A stretch of DNA of 64,000 bases, taken from assembly GCF_036321535.1 (NCBI RefSeq), contig NC_087444.1, positions 80,414,001-80,478,000 of the forward strand. The letters are read 5' to 3'. Below are positions 42,201 through 54,300 of the stretch, piece by piece; positions within the stretch are counted from its first letter, which is position 1, and the number at the start of each line of letters is the position of its first letter. The notes under the pieces were generated by a model. The model had not been told where the DNA came from and did no database searches. It saw nothing but the letters and a program-made list of their open reading frames with translations. The position numbers and the translations under genes were made by a program. The DNA comes from Camelus dromedarius (taxonomy: Eukaryota).

Positions 42201-45200
42201 GGGCATTCCACTGTGTACTCCCTTGTGCCTTTTAAATTTCCTAACATGTAGATGTATGAGCTATTCAAAATGTTCTCATGATTGGGTGGGAGGGTACAGC
42301 TTAGAGGCAGAGTAAGTGTTTAGCATGCACGAGGTCCTGGGTTCAATCCCCAGTACCTCCATTAAATTAATAAAGTTGATTACCACCCCTTCCCCTAAAA
42401 AAAGGCCTGAAAAAACATTCTCAATGAAAACACTGGGTGCACAGAGGACGCTGAGTTGAGGGCAAGGGGAGACGCCTACAGACCTGATGGTCCAAGGGAT
42501 GAATCTACATCCCTGAGACAAGGACCTTATGAGAAAGGAACGAGCTCAGACCCTAACTAATAACTAACAAGACACACAGCACGTGGGGAATTCTGGGTAA
42601 CAATGGTATCTATTTGAATTTGTTTCATCCTGAAACAACATTAAAAACCACAATAAAGGTTTTGTTTTGTGTTTCTTCAAGGCATAAAGTCCACAAAGAT
42701 GAAGAGAAGAGGAAACAAACAAAACCCCGACATTTTCTGCTCAGGAAAGCAAGTGGGAAATGGTAACTGTAGAGCAGACTGGAGAAGGTGAATATGAGCT
42801 AGCAGTGGAGAAAACTGACAAAAATCAACTTGTTTTACCCCAGAGGCTGGACAAGCTTAGGAGCTGAAGGTACCAGGTCCCTCGGGCCATGCAGGTGAAG
42901 CGGCAGGGTCCCTGCACAGAGCTGCCCTGGACTACGTCTGCACAGAATTCTGAGAAGGCTGTGGGCCCTGCTGCAACCCTGATCCTGGAGCCCTTCTCCC
43001 ATCCTGGCAAAAGGCTGGGTTGAGGGTGGGAAGCTGCACTGAGGAAGTCGTGGGAGTAAGGGAGGTCACACTGGGTGCTAAGATGCCAGCCTCTCTCCTG
43101 GGATGCTGAAAAGAGGCTCGAAGTGCCTTCTGGGAACACTCAGAGGAAGGAACTGAAGATAATCCCAGCAAGGCTGACTCAAGGCAGCCCAGCCAGACTG
43201 CCCAATGAATCCTCCAGTAGCATCCACTCATGCACCCCCACCCTCTCATGTCCCCTAAGAGGTAGGTCTCCCCCATGTCCCTCCCTGCCCTGGTTAGTTG
43301 TCCTGGCCACTATGGCCCTCCTCCACCTGCTCAGAGCTGCCAAATTTGTGGTCCCCTGTCTTACACATAAGCAGACAACTTGGAGGAGTCAGAGACCATA
43401 CTGGGAGAAGAAAACTTAAAAAACAAGTTATTGTCATCCTCAGAAAAATAAGGAAAGACGTTACAGCTATAAGTAACAACAGAAGGTCGTTATAAAAATG
43501 AACATTCAGGGAATAAAAACACTCCTGGAAAGGAAAACTATCATAGTAGGTAAGAAAATCTCAAATGAATGTCTGGAAGATGTAACTGAAGAAATTTTCT
43601 GGAAAACAGAGCAGAAAGTAAGGGATGGGGTATCACAACAAAGAGAACATTTGAAGACCTGTCCAAGAGGCCAATAACCAAGTAACAGGCATTCCAGAAA
43701 TAAGAGAATGAAACAACAGAGGAGAAGGAAATCAAACAATTCAAGCCCATTTCCCACAACTGAAAAATGGAATTTCAGACTGAAAGGGCTCACCAACAGT
43801 GGTGATAAAAAAAGGTTTGAGACTGAGTTAATAATAAAAAAAAAAATGCTTCATCCAGCCAAAATTCAATGCAACGTGGAGCATTAGACAAATTGTTCCT
43901 GCTACGTAACATATCCGAGAACAACCTCGTGCACCAAAGTTGACAGGAAGCTCTGGCAGGACAAGGGAGGGAACCAAGAAAGGAGGGTCCAGGGAACAGA
44001 GAGGAAGGGGAGGCTGTCTGGGTGACAGCAGATGGGGTGGTGTGGGAGGTGGATCACAGAGGGTCCCGGACAAAGCCTGACCCCTACGCTGTGTCAGGGT
44101 CCCTCTGCCTGCCCACCCTGTTCACTAACCTGCTGTTCTTGCCAGACCCCAACCCATCTACCCTGGCACCCATCAGTTGGATACCAGCCTGGAATCCGGG
44201 GGCCACCCAAGACAGCAGCACTGGGAGAGGATGGGGGCTTGGGGAACACAAGTCCTGCTCTCAGAGTTTTCACTGGTGGGAGCAGCAGCTGGAGGGGGCA
44301 TGAGGTGAGTGGAGGGCTTGGCTTTTGAGGGCAGAAGATGCTAAAACAGGTTGAATGGGGCAGGGGATACCCAGGGGATAGAGGAGCTCACAGGCCACTT
44401 GAACAGGTCCAGGAGTGGGATGGACAGATGTGCTGCTGCCCATGCAGAGGGCCCTGTGTTACTCACCTGGGGAGAAGATGCTCCCAGCTTCCTCCTGCCA
44501 CAGGGCCCCAGGGTGCTCCCTCCACAGGGGGCCCTCAGGCCCAGTCTCACTATGGGGAGAGGCCGGGTCCAGCGACATCCCACAGCCCTGCAACCACAGT
44601 GGTCACTGCACGTCTGTCTGGCTAGGCCCAGGGAGGAGCCTACCCAACCTCCACCCACTGAGGCTCCCAGCGCAGGGATGGGGCGTGGCTTGTGCTGGGC
44701 TCACCTGGGCCTCCTCAGGTAGGAGCGTGGAAGTGGCCTCCTGGGGGTTGGCTAGAGGCCCAGAATCCAGAAGCTCTGGAGAGGAAGGGTGGGGGGTCAG
44801 GTGGCCCAAGGGTGTCCCCTGCCCTGCTGCCCTCCTCAGTGGTGTGCCAAGTGCTGGGGTCCAGGTGGGGTGAGACCTGGGTGTAGACATGGGGCCAGGC
44901 ACGGCAGGGAGGCTCTAAGGGCTGACACGGGAATGGCGGAGACTGTGGGTGGTCATGTCTGGCACCTGCCTGGGAGGCACACGAGAGAGGGACAGGCCCC
45001 TAGCACTTTGGGTCCTCCCCCAGCTGTGCCCACCCATACTCCAGCCTGCTGTCTGCTCCCCAGCAACTAGCTAATGTCCCTGGGGAGTGAACCCCACATG
45101 CCTCCCACATACAGAAACCCCAACAGCCAGCTCCGTGTCAACAGAGGACATGGAAGGACAGTCAGGCTTGGTGTGCAAGGGATAATGGTGTCCACTGGAT

Positions 45201-46331
45201 GGGAGGGATGTAGGGTCCACTGATGCATGGGAACAGTTCCATCTGGCAGGTGACCGGCCCAGTGGGCTTCAGCCAAGATCCCCTGGTCCATCCACTAAGG
45301 CCCTGGGCCATGCCCACCTTGCCTGTCCTTACCTGGGTCCTCTGTAACCTCAGGCTCCTCTTTCATCCGAAGGCCCAGTGGCGACTCCTGTGTGGCCCCA
45401 GGGGGCATCTCAAGACCAGGTTCCGGAGTCTGAGGCTTGGTTTGATGGAGAGGCTGGAAGTCGGAGGGCTCCATCTTCTCTGATAGCACCTCCTGGCCCT
45501 GCACCTGGACTGTGACCTGGGGAGATGCCCCACCACCATCAGGAGCTCATGCAGAGATTTGGGCTGTATGCAAGCGTGGGGTCCATGGGCATACAGTCGA
45601 TCTCGGGTCCCCAGGGGTGCTGACTCACTGGGTCTTCCAAGGACCCACGTCCACCAGGGACTGAGCCAGGAGTTGAAGGGGCCACCTATAGTTGCTCTCC
45701 TGCTGCCGACAACCAAGGCTGCCTGGTGCCCTCCTTCCCTCCTCACCCTGCTTCCCATGTCTGTGACTCCAGGTGATGTAGCAGTGGGCCAGTGATGCTG
45801 GCCTTGGAACCCTGTCTACCCTGACTGCTATGGTGAGCCCTTCCAAACCACAAGGGACCAATGTCTGGCTGGGTTCAGCACCCCCCAGCACAAGGCAGAG
45901 ATGGATTCTGTTTCAGCTCAGGACCACTGACTCACCCATCTCCGGGGCCCTCCTGGCTCCCGGCGCAGCCCCTCGACCAGGGCAGCAGCCTCTTCAGGAC
46001 TGCTTGGCCGCTGTCCCCGCACGCGGGCCTGGATCTCAGGCGGCAGCGCGCCCAGGAACTGCTCCAGCACCAGCAGCTCCAGCATCTGCTCCTTGGAGTG
46101 CACCTCGGGCCGCAGCCACTGGCGGCACAGCTCCCGTAGCCGGGCCAGGGCCTCTCTGGGACCCACTGCCTCCTCATAGTGGAAGTGCCGGAAACGCAGT
46201 CGAGCGGCCTCGGGGCCAGGATCCCACGGGGCGCCTTCACCCTCCTCCTCAGAGTCCTCCAGCTTCACCATGACAGGCCCCTCATCTTCTGGGGGTGTGT
46301 GGCCTGGGGAGCCCAGTGCTGCGGGCCTCAT
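39222..46331 (-). CDS. MZF1: Myeloid zinc finger 1 (SCAN + 13 C2H2), 735 aa; exons (-) 45936-46331, 45333-45516, 44705-44775, 44467-44587, 39222-40657
   Basis: [32 protein letters not shown]...SCAN...; last exon has 4 fingers, a Gly/Pro spacer ([23 protein letters not shown]), then 9 fingers ending HQRVHSAE*. Total 2208 nt; canonical junctions. Confidence 0.97.
42284..42412 (+). mobile_element. tRNA-derived SINE (camelid Vic-1-like) in an MZF1 intron
   Basis: gggagggtacagcttagaggcagag...gcatgcacgaggtcctgggttcaatccccagtacctcc. Confidence 0.85.
43400..43900 (+). mobile_element. Old LINE-1 fragment in an MZF1 intron
   Basis: A-rich L1 ORF1-like text (ggcattccagaaataagagaatg...atttcagactgaaagggctcacc). 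Confidence 0.5.
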
Positions 46332-46419
46332 TGGAAAGACCAGGCCGGGGCTCTGAGGCTAGTGTCCACCCCTGGGGGAGGAATGGGATGAGGCTTCCGC
46401 GATGAGGACAGACAGTGGT

Positions 46420-46520
46420 GGCAGTGCTTATTGAGTGCCTACTGTATGCTGTGCTGTTCAGTCCTGAGACCTGCCCCGAGTGGAAGGCGGGTGAGGAAAC
46501 TGAGGCACAGAGAGGGGGTC
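46420..46520. mobile_element. MIR-like fragment
   Basis: cttattgagtgcctactgtatg...gtgaggaaactgaggcacagaga core. Confidence 0.55.
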
Positions 46521-47299
46521 ACACCAAGGACCTGTGGGACTGAGAAGCCCTTCAGGAGCCACCTGTGTCCCTGGCCTCTTTAGCTGGGCCTCTGCAGAGT
46601 CTCTGGTAGCCCCTGCTTCTTAGGCCCAGAAGACACCTCCTCTCTCCCCTAAATCCCACCTTTCTTCTACATGCACCACCTAATCCTGCCCTGCACCCTC
46701 TCCCTAACAGGTGAATGACACCTACACCACCACTACCGCTGCTGCCCCCAACGCCAGTCCAGCACTGCACCACCCAGCCTCTCACCAAGTCTCCTACCCT
46801 TCTGCTCCCAGCTCGGTTCCACAGGGCAGCCTCCCTCCACCTGCCCCACCCCACACCTGTGCAACGTCACCTGTGTGGCCCAGCCCCTAGACAGCATCCT
46901 CCCCCCATTCAGTCCCATTCTCTGAGCCCAACTTATCACAACATGCAATGCCCCATTATCTCCTCCATCTCCTGACTTAGGTGGGGCTAATAGGTAATGG
47001 GGGAGTTCCCAGGGGGAGGTACAAAGACCCCAAGAGACCACTGGACCCGGAGCCTGCAAGCAAAGTCACAGATTCTGATTCAGCCTATTGGCCATTTAAC
47101 CTTGGCATGTCGCCAAGAGCCTCCGTGAATCACTATTTCTTCATCTGCAAAAGTAGGCAAGCCCTGCCCCCACCCTACTCCTGCAGCAGGAGGTAAGGTG
47201 CGAGCTTTGTGAAGAAGTCTGTTTATTAAGGGGGTGCATTCGACTTCGAGGGCCGCCTGATCCCGTGAGTCTAACCTTCGCTCCTCAAGGTTTCAAGTC

Positions 47300-48260
47300 A
47301 ACCTGAAACCCTGGGAGAAAGTTGGGCCTCCCGTAAGCCGGCCAGCCCTGTGAGGTTTCCTAAACTACATTTACCAGAAGTCTTGGCAGGCACCTTCTGC
47401 TTTAGGGAACCGGGCAGGTCCGGGTGCCGCCATGGCAACGGGGGCGGGGCTGCCAGACTGTCGCCGTGGCAACGCGCAGTAATTGACGAGCCTCGCGCGA
47501 CAGCGCTGGGCCGGTCCACGGGGAGCGCCCAGGCCCCTGCCCCGCGCTCCCGGCCCCACTGGGCCGCCGCCCCGGTCCCGCCCGAACGTTCCCGGTTGAC
47601 GGGCCCCCGCCCTCACCTCCGCGCTCAGCGGGCCGGTCCGCGCTTCTGAGCATGCGCACTCGCCGATTCCCCCTCCCTGGCCGGACTAAGTCTCCCAGAA
47701 TGCTCCACGCACCAGCCTGAGCGCCGCCTTGCCCTCCCCCCAAACCCCGCTGCTTCCCGGGGCAGTGTCGTTCGCAACGCTCAGGTCACACTCCGGGCCG
47801 CGTCTTCCCGCGCTCCCGTCCTCACGTCCAGGCGTCCAGGCGTCCAGGCGCCCGTCGACGCGCGCTAGCTTCTCAGGGGGCAATGGGCGGCAGCACCCTC
47901 TCCCTAACCGCGCATGTCCCCCATCACGTCTCCCTCAATTCTCTGCGGGGCTTTCGAGGATTAGCAGGACTCTGCACCAATCACTGCCCTCGTCACGACG
48001 CCGTCAGCCCCCCATCTCCATGGCAACCGCCTGCGGAGCCTGGGCCACCTCGTCTACCGCCCTCGGGACAGCAGGAGAGCCTCGCCCCCTTTTGCCCTGA
48101 TAGAGGGGCTCGGCCCAGTCCTTTCCGGGGGGTGTGGTCGGCCCCCCTTCCGCGCTTGCGCTGGGCGGCGACGCTCCTTTGTGCTCGCGAGCGGTAGGCG
48201 GGCCCAGACATCTCCATGGTTACCGGTGGGCCGAGCCGTTGGTTTCCAGAGCAACCCTGG
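47300..48260 (-). promoter_or_regulatory. CpG island, MZF1 promoter and non-coding exon(s)
   Basis: CpG-rich; NRF1-like GCATGCGCA near 47650; several X-box (RFX)-like motifs. Confidence 0.7.
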
Positions 48261-49399
48261 GTACCCACTAGTGTCTGAAAGAGGATGGGAACGGTGGGTT
48301 GAGGGCAGAGATGCCGAGCGAGAGGCAGTGAGGAGAGACAGACGCAGAGACTCGGGGGTAGGGGGTGCTGCGAGGAGAGACAGTAAACGTAAGTGAACAG
48401 ACATAGCGACGGAGACACGGGCAGGACAGAAAGACATCGGAGAGGGATTCTACTCTCAGAGAGCTAGACAGTGATGAGAAGACAGAGGGTCAGAGTCAGG
48501 TCTGGGCAGACGTGTGGCAGAACAGTTAGCAAGACGGAGAGATATCAGGGCGGGATGGAGAGGAAAGGAGAGACAAAGAGGGAGAATAGATTTACAGCGA
48601 CAAGATGTGAAGATCGAGATTCAAGGGACAGACAAGGATCAGGAGTACATAAGCAAGAGGAAGAAAGGGACAGAAATTAGAGTCACAGTAAAATGGATCG
48701 AGAGTTTTCAAAGGCTCAGAGAAGGGTGATAGACAGCAAGAAGAGAGACAGATAGAGCTGGAGGGACACTTGAGGAAAACTTGTCCAAAACTTGCCAATA
48801 AGACAAAAAAGATGACTGGAAGACTTCTATGAGTTCCCTAGCACGTCCTCTACCAAGCCTTCTTCAGGTCATCTGATTCCCTAAGCGAAGCAACTCTTTT
48901 TCACTTAACTGCTTTTGATCAGAGTCCAGATACTGTGACATTGGATGCTAACTTGTAAAAGGCTGATAGGTTGTAAGTGCTTTCTGTCCAGTAGAAAAAT
49001 GTACCCCAAGGTTTTTACCACCCTGTAGGACACTAAGCAGGACACTAAGATGCCTTAGCCTGTCCACTGCCCTATAGGGCACTAATAATCCGACTTTGCT
49101 CTTTTATATCAGTGTTCGTTCTTTCTTTCAGCATCTCTGTTGTTCCTCCTCTCTTACCTTCCCGGAACCACCTATATCATCCTGTCACTTCCCACTGGTG
49201 GTGAATAAATCACGTGCTCACTCAGTTTGTTTCCAGCTGTTTTGAAATTTTTATTTTGACAGTCTGAAGAAATCTGGTTCTCCAGAATGGAGGACAGACA
49301 TGGAAAAAGAGGAAACAGTGAGACAGAGCCAAGAAGGGAAGGAGGTAGGATGACGGACAGAAAGAGACTGAAAGTAGATGGCGGGTGAGACTGGAGAGT

Positions 49400-50050
49400 G
49401 AAATAAATCGGCGAGAAAGCCAGCCTTGGAGAGAGACGTCCTGGGGCACCCCCTCCTGGACTCTGCGCTCTGCGGGCTGGCCGCCGAACTACATTCCCCG
49501 GCAGGCTCCGGGGCGACCAGGCGGGGCCCCTAGCCAGCCGTCGGGGGGCGGGGCCCACGCGGCCTCCTCCAATCACGGTCGTCGCTTGGCGACATTCCGC
49601 CTCCGCCGACAAGATGAAGGCTGGGCTCGGCCGCCGCCCGCAAGCGTCGCGTGAGGCAGGAGATACGGACAGCCTGCGGCCCCGCCGGCCTAGTTGAGGC
49701 AGCCGGCCCGTGTCGCGGTCCGGAGGTGAGGGCGCCAGGCCGCGCGGGGGCCTGGGCTTGGGGGTTGGTAGGGGCCGAGGCGTCTGCTCCTTCGGTGCCG
49801 ATGGGGGTAAGAGAACCGATGCGCACGAAGGGCCAATCGGAGCCTTCGGCGGCCCCGCGGCCTTCTGGGAAATGTAGTCTCGCGCCTTCCCGGGCGGCGG
49901 GTTGGTAGACGTTCTAGAGCGGGAGGGACAGAACGAATGAATGTGTGGGTGAATTTAACATACAGTTGTGGGTGAGCGGGCGAAGGCCTGGGCGCGAAAC
50001 AAAGAACAGAGGGAGGGGCGCGTGAGTGGTTCGGAATTCGGGCCTCCTAT
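49400..50050. promoter_or_regulatory. CpG island, probable bidirectional promoter (MZF1 upstream start / TIGD-like gene)
   Basis: CpG-rich; ZNF143-type sites at 49487-49506 and 49863-49879; CCAAT boxes near 49569 and 49832; plus-strand donors at 49651 and 49726. Confidence 0.7.
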
Positions 50051-50809
50051 GAGGCAGGACACCTGTCTCATGCCCACCCACCAAGCAGGTGCAGTCCACG
50101 GGTCCCCGATGGATCTCGTCCTCGGTGCTGTAGACACTCCAGAAATACAAAGACCTGTCAGACAACTGTCCCTGTTTTTTACACGCATTCCTTCAAAATC
50201 ATTTTTACTGTTTTGATCAGGTGCCTCTTTCACGTGTTTGAAGTCCAAGAGGGACAAAGTGAGAGAAGCCTGCCTTTTACCACTATACTTCATTTAATAA
50301 TTTAGTCAGCAAGTGACCACTGGATGCCTTCAAAGTGCCAGGCTCTCTTCCTGGGCCTGGGGACACAGCAGAGCGCTCAGCAGGCACAGCTCCTGCCCTC
50401 AGGCAACGTGCGACCACGCACAATAAAATATAGGCGGGGAGGACCTCTCTGATGAGGTTATTTTTGAGCACAGACTTGCAGAAAAGGGAATAAGCCATGC
50501 AGATGACGGAGAAGGGCCCCCACTGTGCGCCTAGGAGCCACAATAGTAAAGGCTCCGAGTCAGGAGCCCCGAGTCTGCCCTGAGAATGTGGTCAGGAGGA
50601 AGCAAAGGAGAGAAGCAGGCTCTGAGGCCCTTGACAAAGCTGGTGAGGACGGTAGCTTTTACTCAGGCAGAAGTGGGAGGCCTGGGAGGGGCAGAGAGGG
50701 GACTGGATCTGATTTAGTTATTACTGAATCATTCTGGCCTCTATGTGGAGAACTACCTTCCTCCTATATCCCCAGGTACTCCACGGTGGCGGCATGTATT
50801 AAGGAGGTT

Positions 50810-51220
50810 CCCTTCAGTGTTGGTTTCCTGTGACTGCTGTAACATATTACTACAGACTTAGGGTTTAAAACAACACAAATTTATTATCTTGGAGTCTTGG
50901 AGGTCAGATATATGAAGTGGGTCTCACTGGGCTAAAATCAAGGTATTGGCTGGGCTCGTTGGTTCTGAAAGCCCTAGTCTTCAGTGGTCACATTGCCTTC
51001 TGAGTGAATGAAATCTGCTTCCATTGATTCCTCTGATTGTATTTTGGGTCCATTCGGATAACCTGGGATAATTTCCACCACTCAAGATTGTTAGCTTAAT
51101 CACACCTGCAGTGTCCCCTTTGCCATATAAGGTAATTCATTCACAGGTTTCTGGGATTCAGACTTGCATGAGTTTAGGAGCTGTGTTCTGCCTCCCACAC
51201 TGATGTTTAACGTCTCTGAG
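50810..51220. mobile_element. MaLR (MLT1-like) LTR
   Basis: ttggtttcctgtgactgctgtaaca...aaaacaacacaaatttattatctt...ggtctcactgggctaaaatcaagg...atataaggtaa...cacaggtt. Confidence 0.7.
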
Positions 51221-51651
51221 GAGCATGGAGATGCTCCTCCCCCTCATCAGTGTCGGGCAGGTGGGTCAGGATTTCTAGACTTTCTTTGCACCCCCTTGTG
51301 ATTGCAAGAGGTTTGTTGGGGGAAGAGAGCAAAGACATTTTACTGATCTCATGGGCTAAAACTAAGCGAAACGCTTTTCTAGATGCAAAGAACGCTTGCA
51401 AATGCGTACGCAGTGTTTTTAGCATTAGAGAGTAAAGGGACTGGGCGGGCCCCTGAAGCAGTGGCAGTGCACTAGGTCAGAACACGGGAAGGCAGGCTGT
51501 GGTCCAGATTCCTGGGCACTTGCACATTAATGCCCATATGTTCCCCTCTTCAGGCAGAGGCAGGCGTGGCAGGAGAGGCCAAGAGGCTGCGGTTGTGGGC
51601 ACAGCGGTAGCTGCCGTGGATGGGCAGTGGGGAGAGAGCTTGCTGAGGTGC

Positions 51652-53556
51652 ATGGCTCGGGGAGGCGGCATGAAGACAGCCCCCTGCCCTCCGGGGTTGG
51701 GGAAGGCACCCCTCGGTGTTGGCCTCCGCCACAGCGCCAAGCGGGACCGGAAGTCCATCACTCTGCACGTGAAGTTGGAGGTGCTTCGGAGGTTTGAGGA
51801 GGGTGAGAAGTTGACGCAGATTGCCCGGGCCCTGGGGCTGGCCACCTCCACCGTTGCCTCGATCCGTGTCAACAAGGACAAGATCCGGGCCAATTCTCAG
51901 GCAGCTGCGCCTGTCAGCGCCACACAGCTGACTCGCTGCCGTGGTGTGTTGATGGGCCATATGGAACGCCTGCTGAGTCTGTGGATCGAAGAGCAGAAGC
52001 GGCAGAACCTGCCCGTCAGCACACTGCTGATCCAGGATAAGGCACGCCGGCTCTTCGCACAGCTGCAGCATGAGCAAGGCAGTGGCGTCCCCACCGAGAC
52101 CTTTGGGGCCAGCAATGGCTGGTTTGCCCGCTTCAAGTCACGCCACAACGTGCTGTTGACAGATGAGCCGGCCGTGGCTGATGCCCAGGCTGCGGCCTGC
52201 TACCCCCCGGTGCTGCGCTCCATCCTGGAGGAGGGCAGCTACTCCCCGCATCAGGTCTTCAACGTGGATGAGACGGGCCTGTTCTGGAAGCGGCTGCCTG
52301 AGCGCATGCTGCTGGAGCTGGAGGGGATGACTGGGCCAGGGCCCAAGGCCTCTAAGGACCACCTGACCCTGCTGCTTGGTGGCAATGCAGCTGGTGACTT
52401 CAAGCTGAAGCCACTGCTGGTGTACCCCTCGGAGAACCCACGTGCCCTCCGGGGCTGCTCCAAGGCCAGCCTGCCTGTGGTCTGGCGCTCCAACCGCAAT
52501 GACTGGCTGACACCCAGCATCTTCCAGGAGTGGTTTACTGGCTGCTTCTGCCCCGCTGTGGAGAGCTACTGCGCCAGCCACAGCCTCCCGCACCGCGCCC
52601 TGCTGCTGCTGGACAGCGCACCCTGCCACCCGGCCCACTTGGGTGGCCTCTCGGCCCATGTGCGTGTGGAGTTCCTGCCCAAGAACACATCAGCCCTGAT
52701 CCAACCCATGAATCAGGGCGTCATTGCCACCTTCAAGGCCCATTATCTGCGCCGCACACTCAGCCAGCTGGTCCAGGAGACGGCTGGTGCGGACCGGCCC
52801 TCTGTGCGGGAGTTCTGGCGCAGCTATACTGTCATGACCGCTGTAGACAACATCGCTGAGGCCTGGGCAGAACTGCAGCCCGCCACCATGAATAGTGCCT
52901 GGAGAAAGCTCTGGCCTGAATGCGTGCCTGCTGGTGCTGCTGAACCCAATGCTGTACCCCAGCTCCGCCGTAGCATTGTGGTGCTAGCCAGCCACGCAGG
53001 CCTTGGGGGTGTGGCTGAAACCGATTTCACCCCTCTGCTGCAGGCCCATGGGGAGCCCTTGCCTCGCAGCATCCCCCAGGATGTGGAGGATGGGGATGTC
53101 AGTGGCCCTGGGCTGCCCTGGGAGGCAGGGAAATGCCTGGCTTCCAGGAGAGCAGAGTCAGATCTCACGGAGGCCACGGTGGGCGTGGGGACTGAGGAGG
53201 CTGGTGTGGGTGCATTGAGCCCTGAGCACCTGGCACAGGCCCTGTCCCACTTTGCTGCTGGCCTGCGAGTCCTCGTAGAGAATGATCCCAACCGGGAACG
53301 TAGCCTGCGGGTGTCCCGGGGTGTCCACTGTGCCCTCACCCGCCTCCGGGAGCTGCACCGGGAAAAGAGGCGACAGGCTCGGGCAGCTGCATCCTCAAGT
53401 GGCCCCATTGTGACAACGAGGGAATTGGCAGGAAGCCTGTACTCACCCCAGGCGGGGCCTACAAAGGGTGGGCAAGTGGCTAAGGGCACAAACCCTGAAG
53501 GACAGACCTCTTTGGCTGTTCTGTGTGATTTGGGACTTGGGCCTGACCTCAGATGA
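51652..53556 (+). CDS. Domesticated pogo/Tigger transposase-derived protein (TIGD/CENP-B/JRK-like), single coding exon, about 630 aa
   Basis: CENP-B_N/psq HTH (KRDRKSITLHVKLEVLRRFEEGEKLTQIARALGLATSTVASI), Tc5-type HTH (LLSLWIEEQ...FGASNGWFARFKSRH), DDE_1 domain (FNVDETGLFW...LLLLDSAPCH...QPMNQGVI), Tigger-like C-terminus (ENDPNRERSLRV). No stop or frameshift. Splice acceptor at 51552-51553 makes ATG 51652 or 51670 more likely than 51499. Confidence 0.88.
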   Translation: MARGGGMKTAPCPPGLGKAPLGVGLRHSAKRDRKSITLHVKLEVLRRFEEGEKLTQIARALGLATSTVASIRVNKDKIRANSQAAAPVSATQLTRCRGVLMGHMERLLSLWIEEQKRQNLPVSTLLIQDKARRLFAQLQHEQGSGVPTETFGASNGWFARFKSRHNVLLTDEPAVADAQAAACYPPVLRSILEEGSYSPHQVFNVDETGLFWKRLPERMLLELEGMTGPGPKASKDHLTLLLGGNAAGDFKLKPLLVYPSENPRALRGCSKASLPVVWRSNRNDWLTPSIFQEWFTGCFCPAVESYCASHSLPHRALLLLDSAPCHPAHLGGLSAHVRVEFLPKNTSALIQPMNQGVIATFKAHYLRRTLSQLVQETAGADRPSVREFWRSYTVMTAVDNIAEAWAELQPATMNSAWRKLWPECVPAGAAEPNAVPQLRRSIVVLASHAGLGGVAETDFTPLLQAHGEPLPRSIPQDVEDGDVSGPGLPWEAGKCLASRRAESDLTEATVGVGTEEAGVGALSPEHLAQALSHFAAGLRVLVENDPNRERSLRVSRGVHCALTRLRELHREKRRQARAAASSSGPIVTTRELAGSLYSPQAGPTKGGQVAKGTNPEGQTSLAVLCDLGLGPDLR

Positions 53557-53879
53557 GCCTTATCTGATGATGTTTTATTTCTGGAGGAGAGACACTGCCA
53601 CCTCTCACCCATGGTTCTCGTACCTTATGCACTGCCATGTTTGTACAGTAAAACGCAGAGTGTCAGTCTTGGGGAACAAGAGGGTAGAGTTCTCTGATTG
53701 GCAGATGAGCTCCGGGGCCCAGGAGTGCCCATCCATGTCAGAGACACACCCTGTAGCACAGCAGTTGCCAAGCACAGCCCACCAGGGTAGCCTTCCTTGT
53801 GGTGAGGGGCCAGGGCTGAGAGGAGCCTCTATTATTTGCCAACCCTGACCTCTGGTTGCACCGCTGTGCCCCTTCCTAG

Positions 53880-54300
53880 CTAACTGTATTTATTTTTATT
53901 GAAGAATAGTCAGTTACAGTGTTGGGTCAATTTCTGGTGTAATGCGGATTGTTTCAGTTACACATGTACGTATGTAAATTTGGTTTCAGATTATTTCATT
54001 ATAAGTTACTAAAAGATACTGAATATAGTTCCCTGTGCTATACAGTATAAACTTGTTTTATCTGTTTCATATATAGTAGTATCTGCAAATCTCAAACTTC
54101 CAGTTTATCCCTTTCCACTCCCTTCCTCCTCTCCCCAGTAACCATAAGTTTGTTTACTATGTCTGTGAGTCTGTTTCTGTAGTTTTTTTTAAGATTCCAC
54201 ATATAAGTGATATATGGTATTTTTCTTTTTCTTTCTGGCTTAGTTAACTTAGAATGACTATCTCCAGGTTCATCCATGTTGCTGCAGATGGCTAGCCAAC
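53880..54300 (-). mobile_element. LINE-1 3' end fragment
   Basis: gatactgaatatagttccctgtgctatacag...gtaaccataagtttgtt...gattccacatataagtgata...gttcatccatgttgctgca. Confidence 0.85.

Noticed and set aside
51499-51553. ATG at 51499 as the start of a 685-aa TIGD-like protein
   Set aside because: It lies upstream of a clear pyrimidine tract and CAG acceptor (51541-51553), so it is probably intronic.
52824-53612. 262-aa minus-strand ORF opposite the TIGD-like gene
   Set aside because: Antisense shadow of a GC-rich coding region; no domain.
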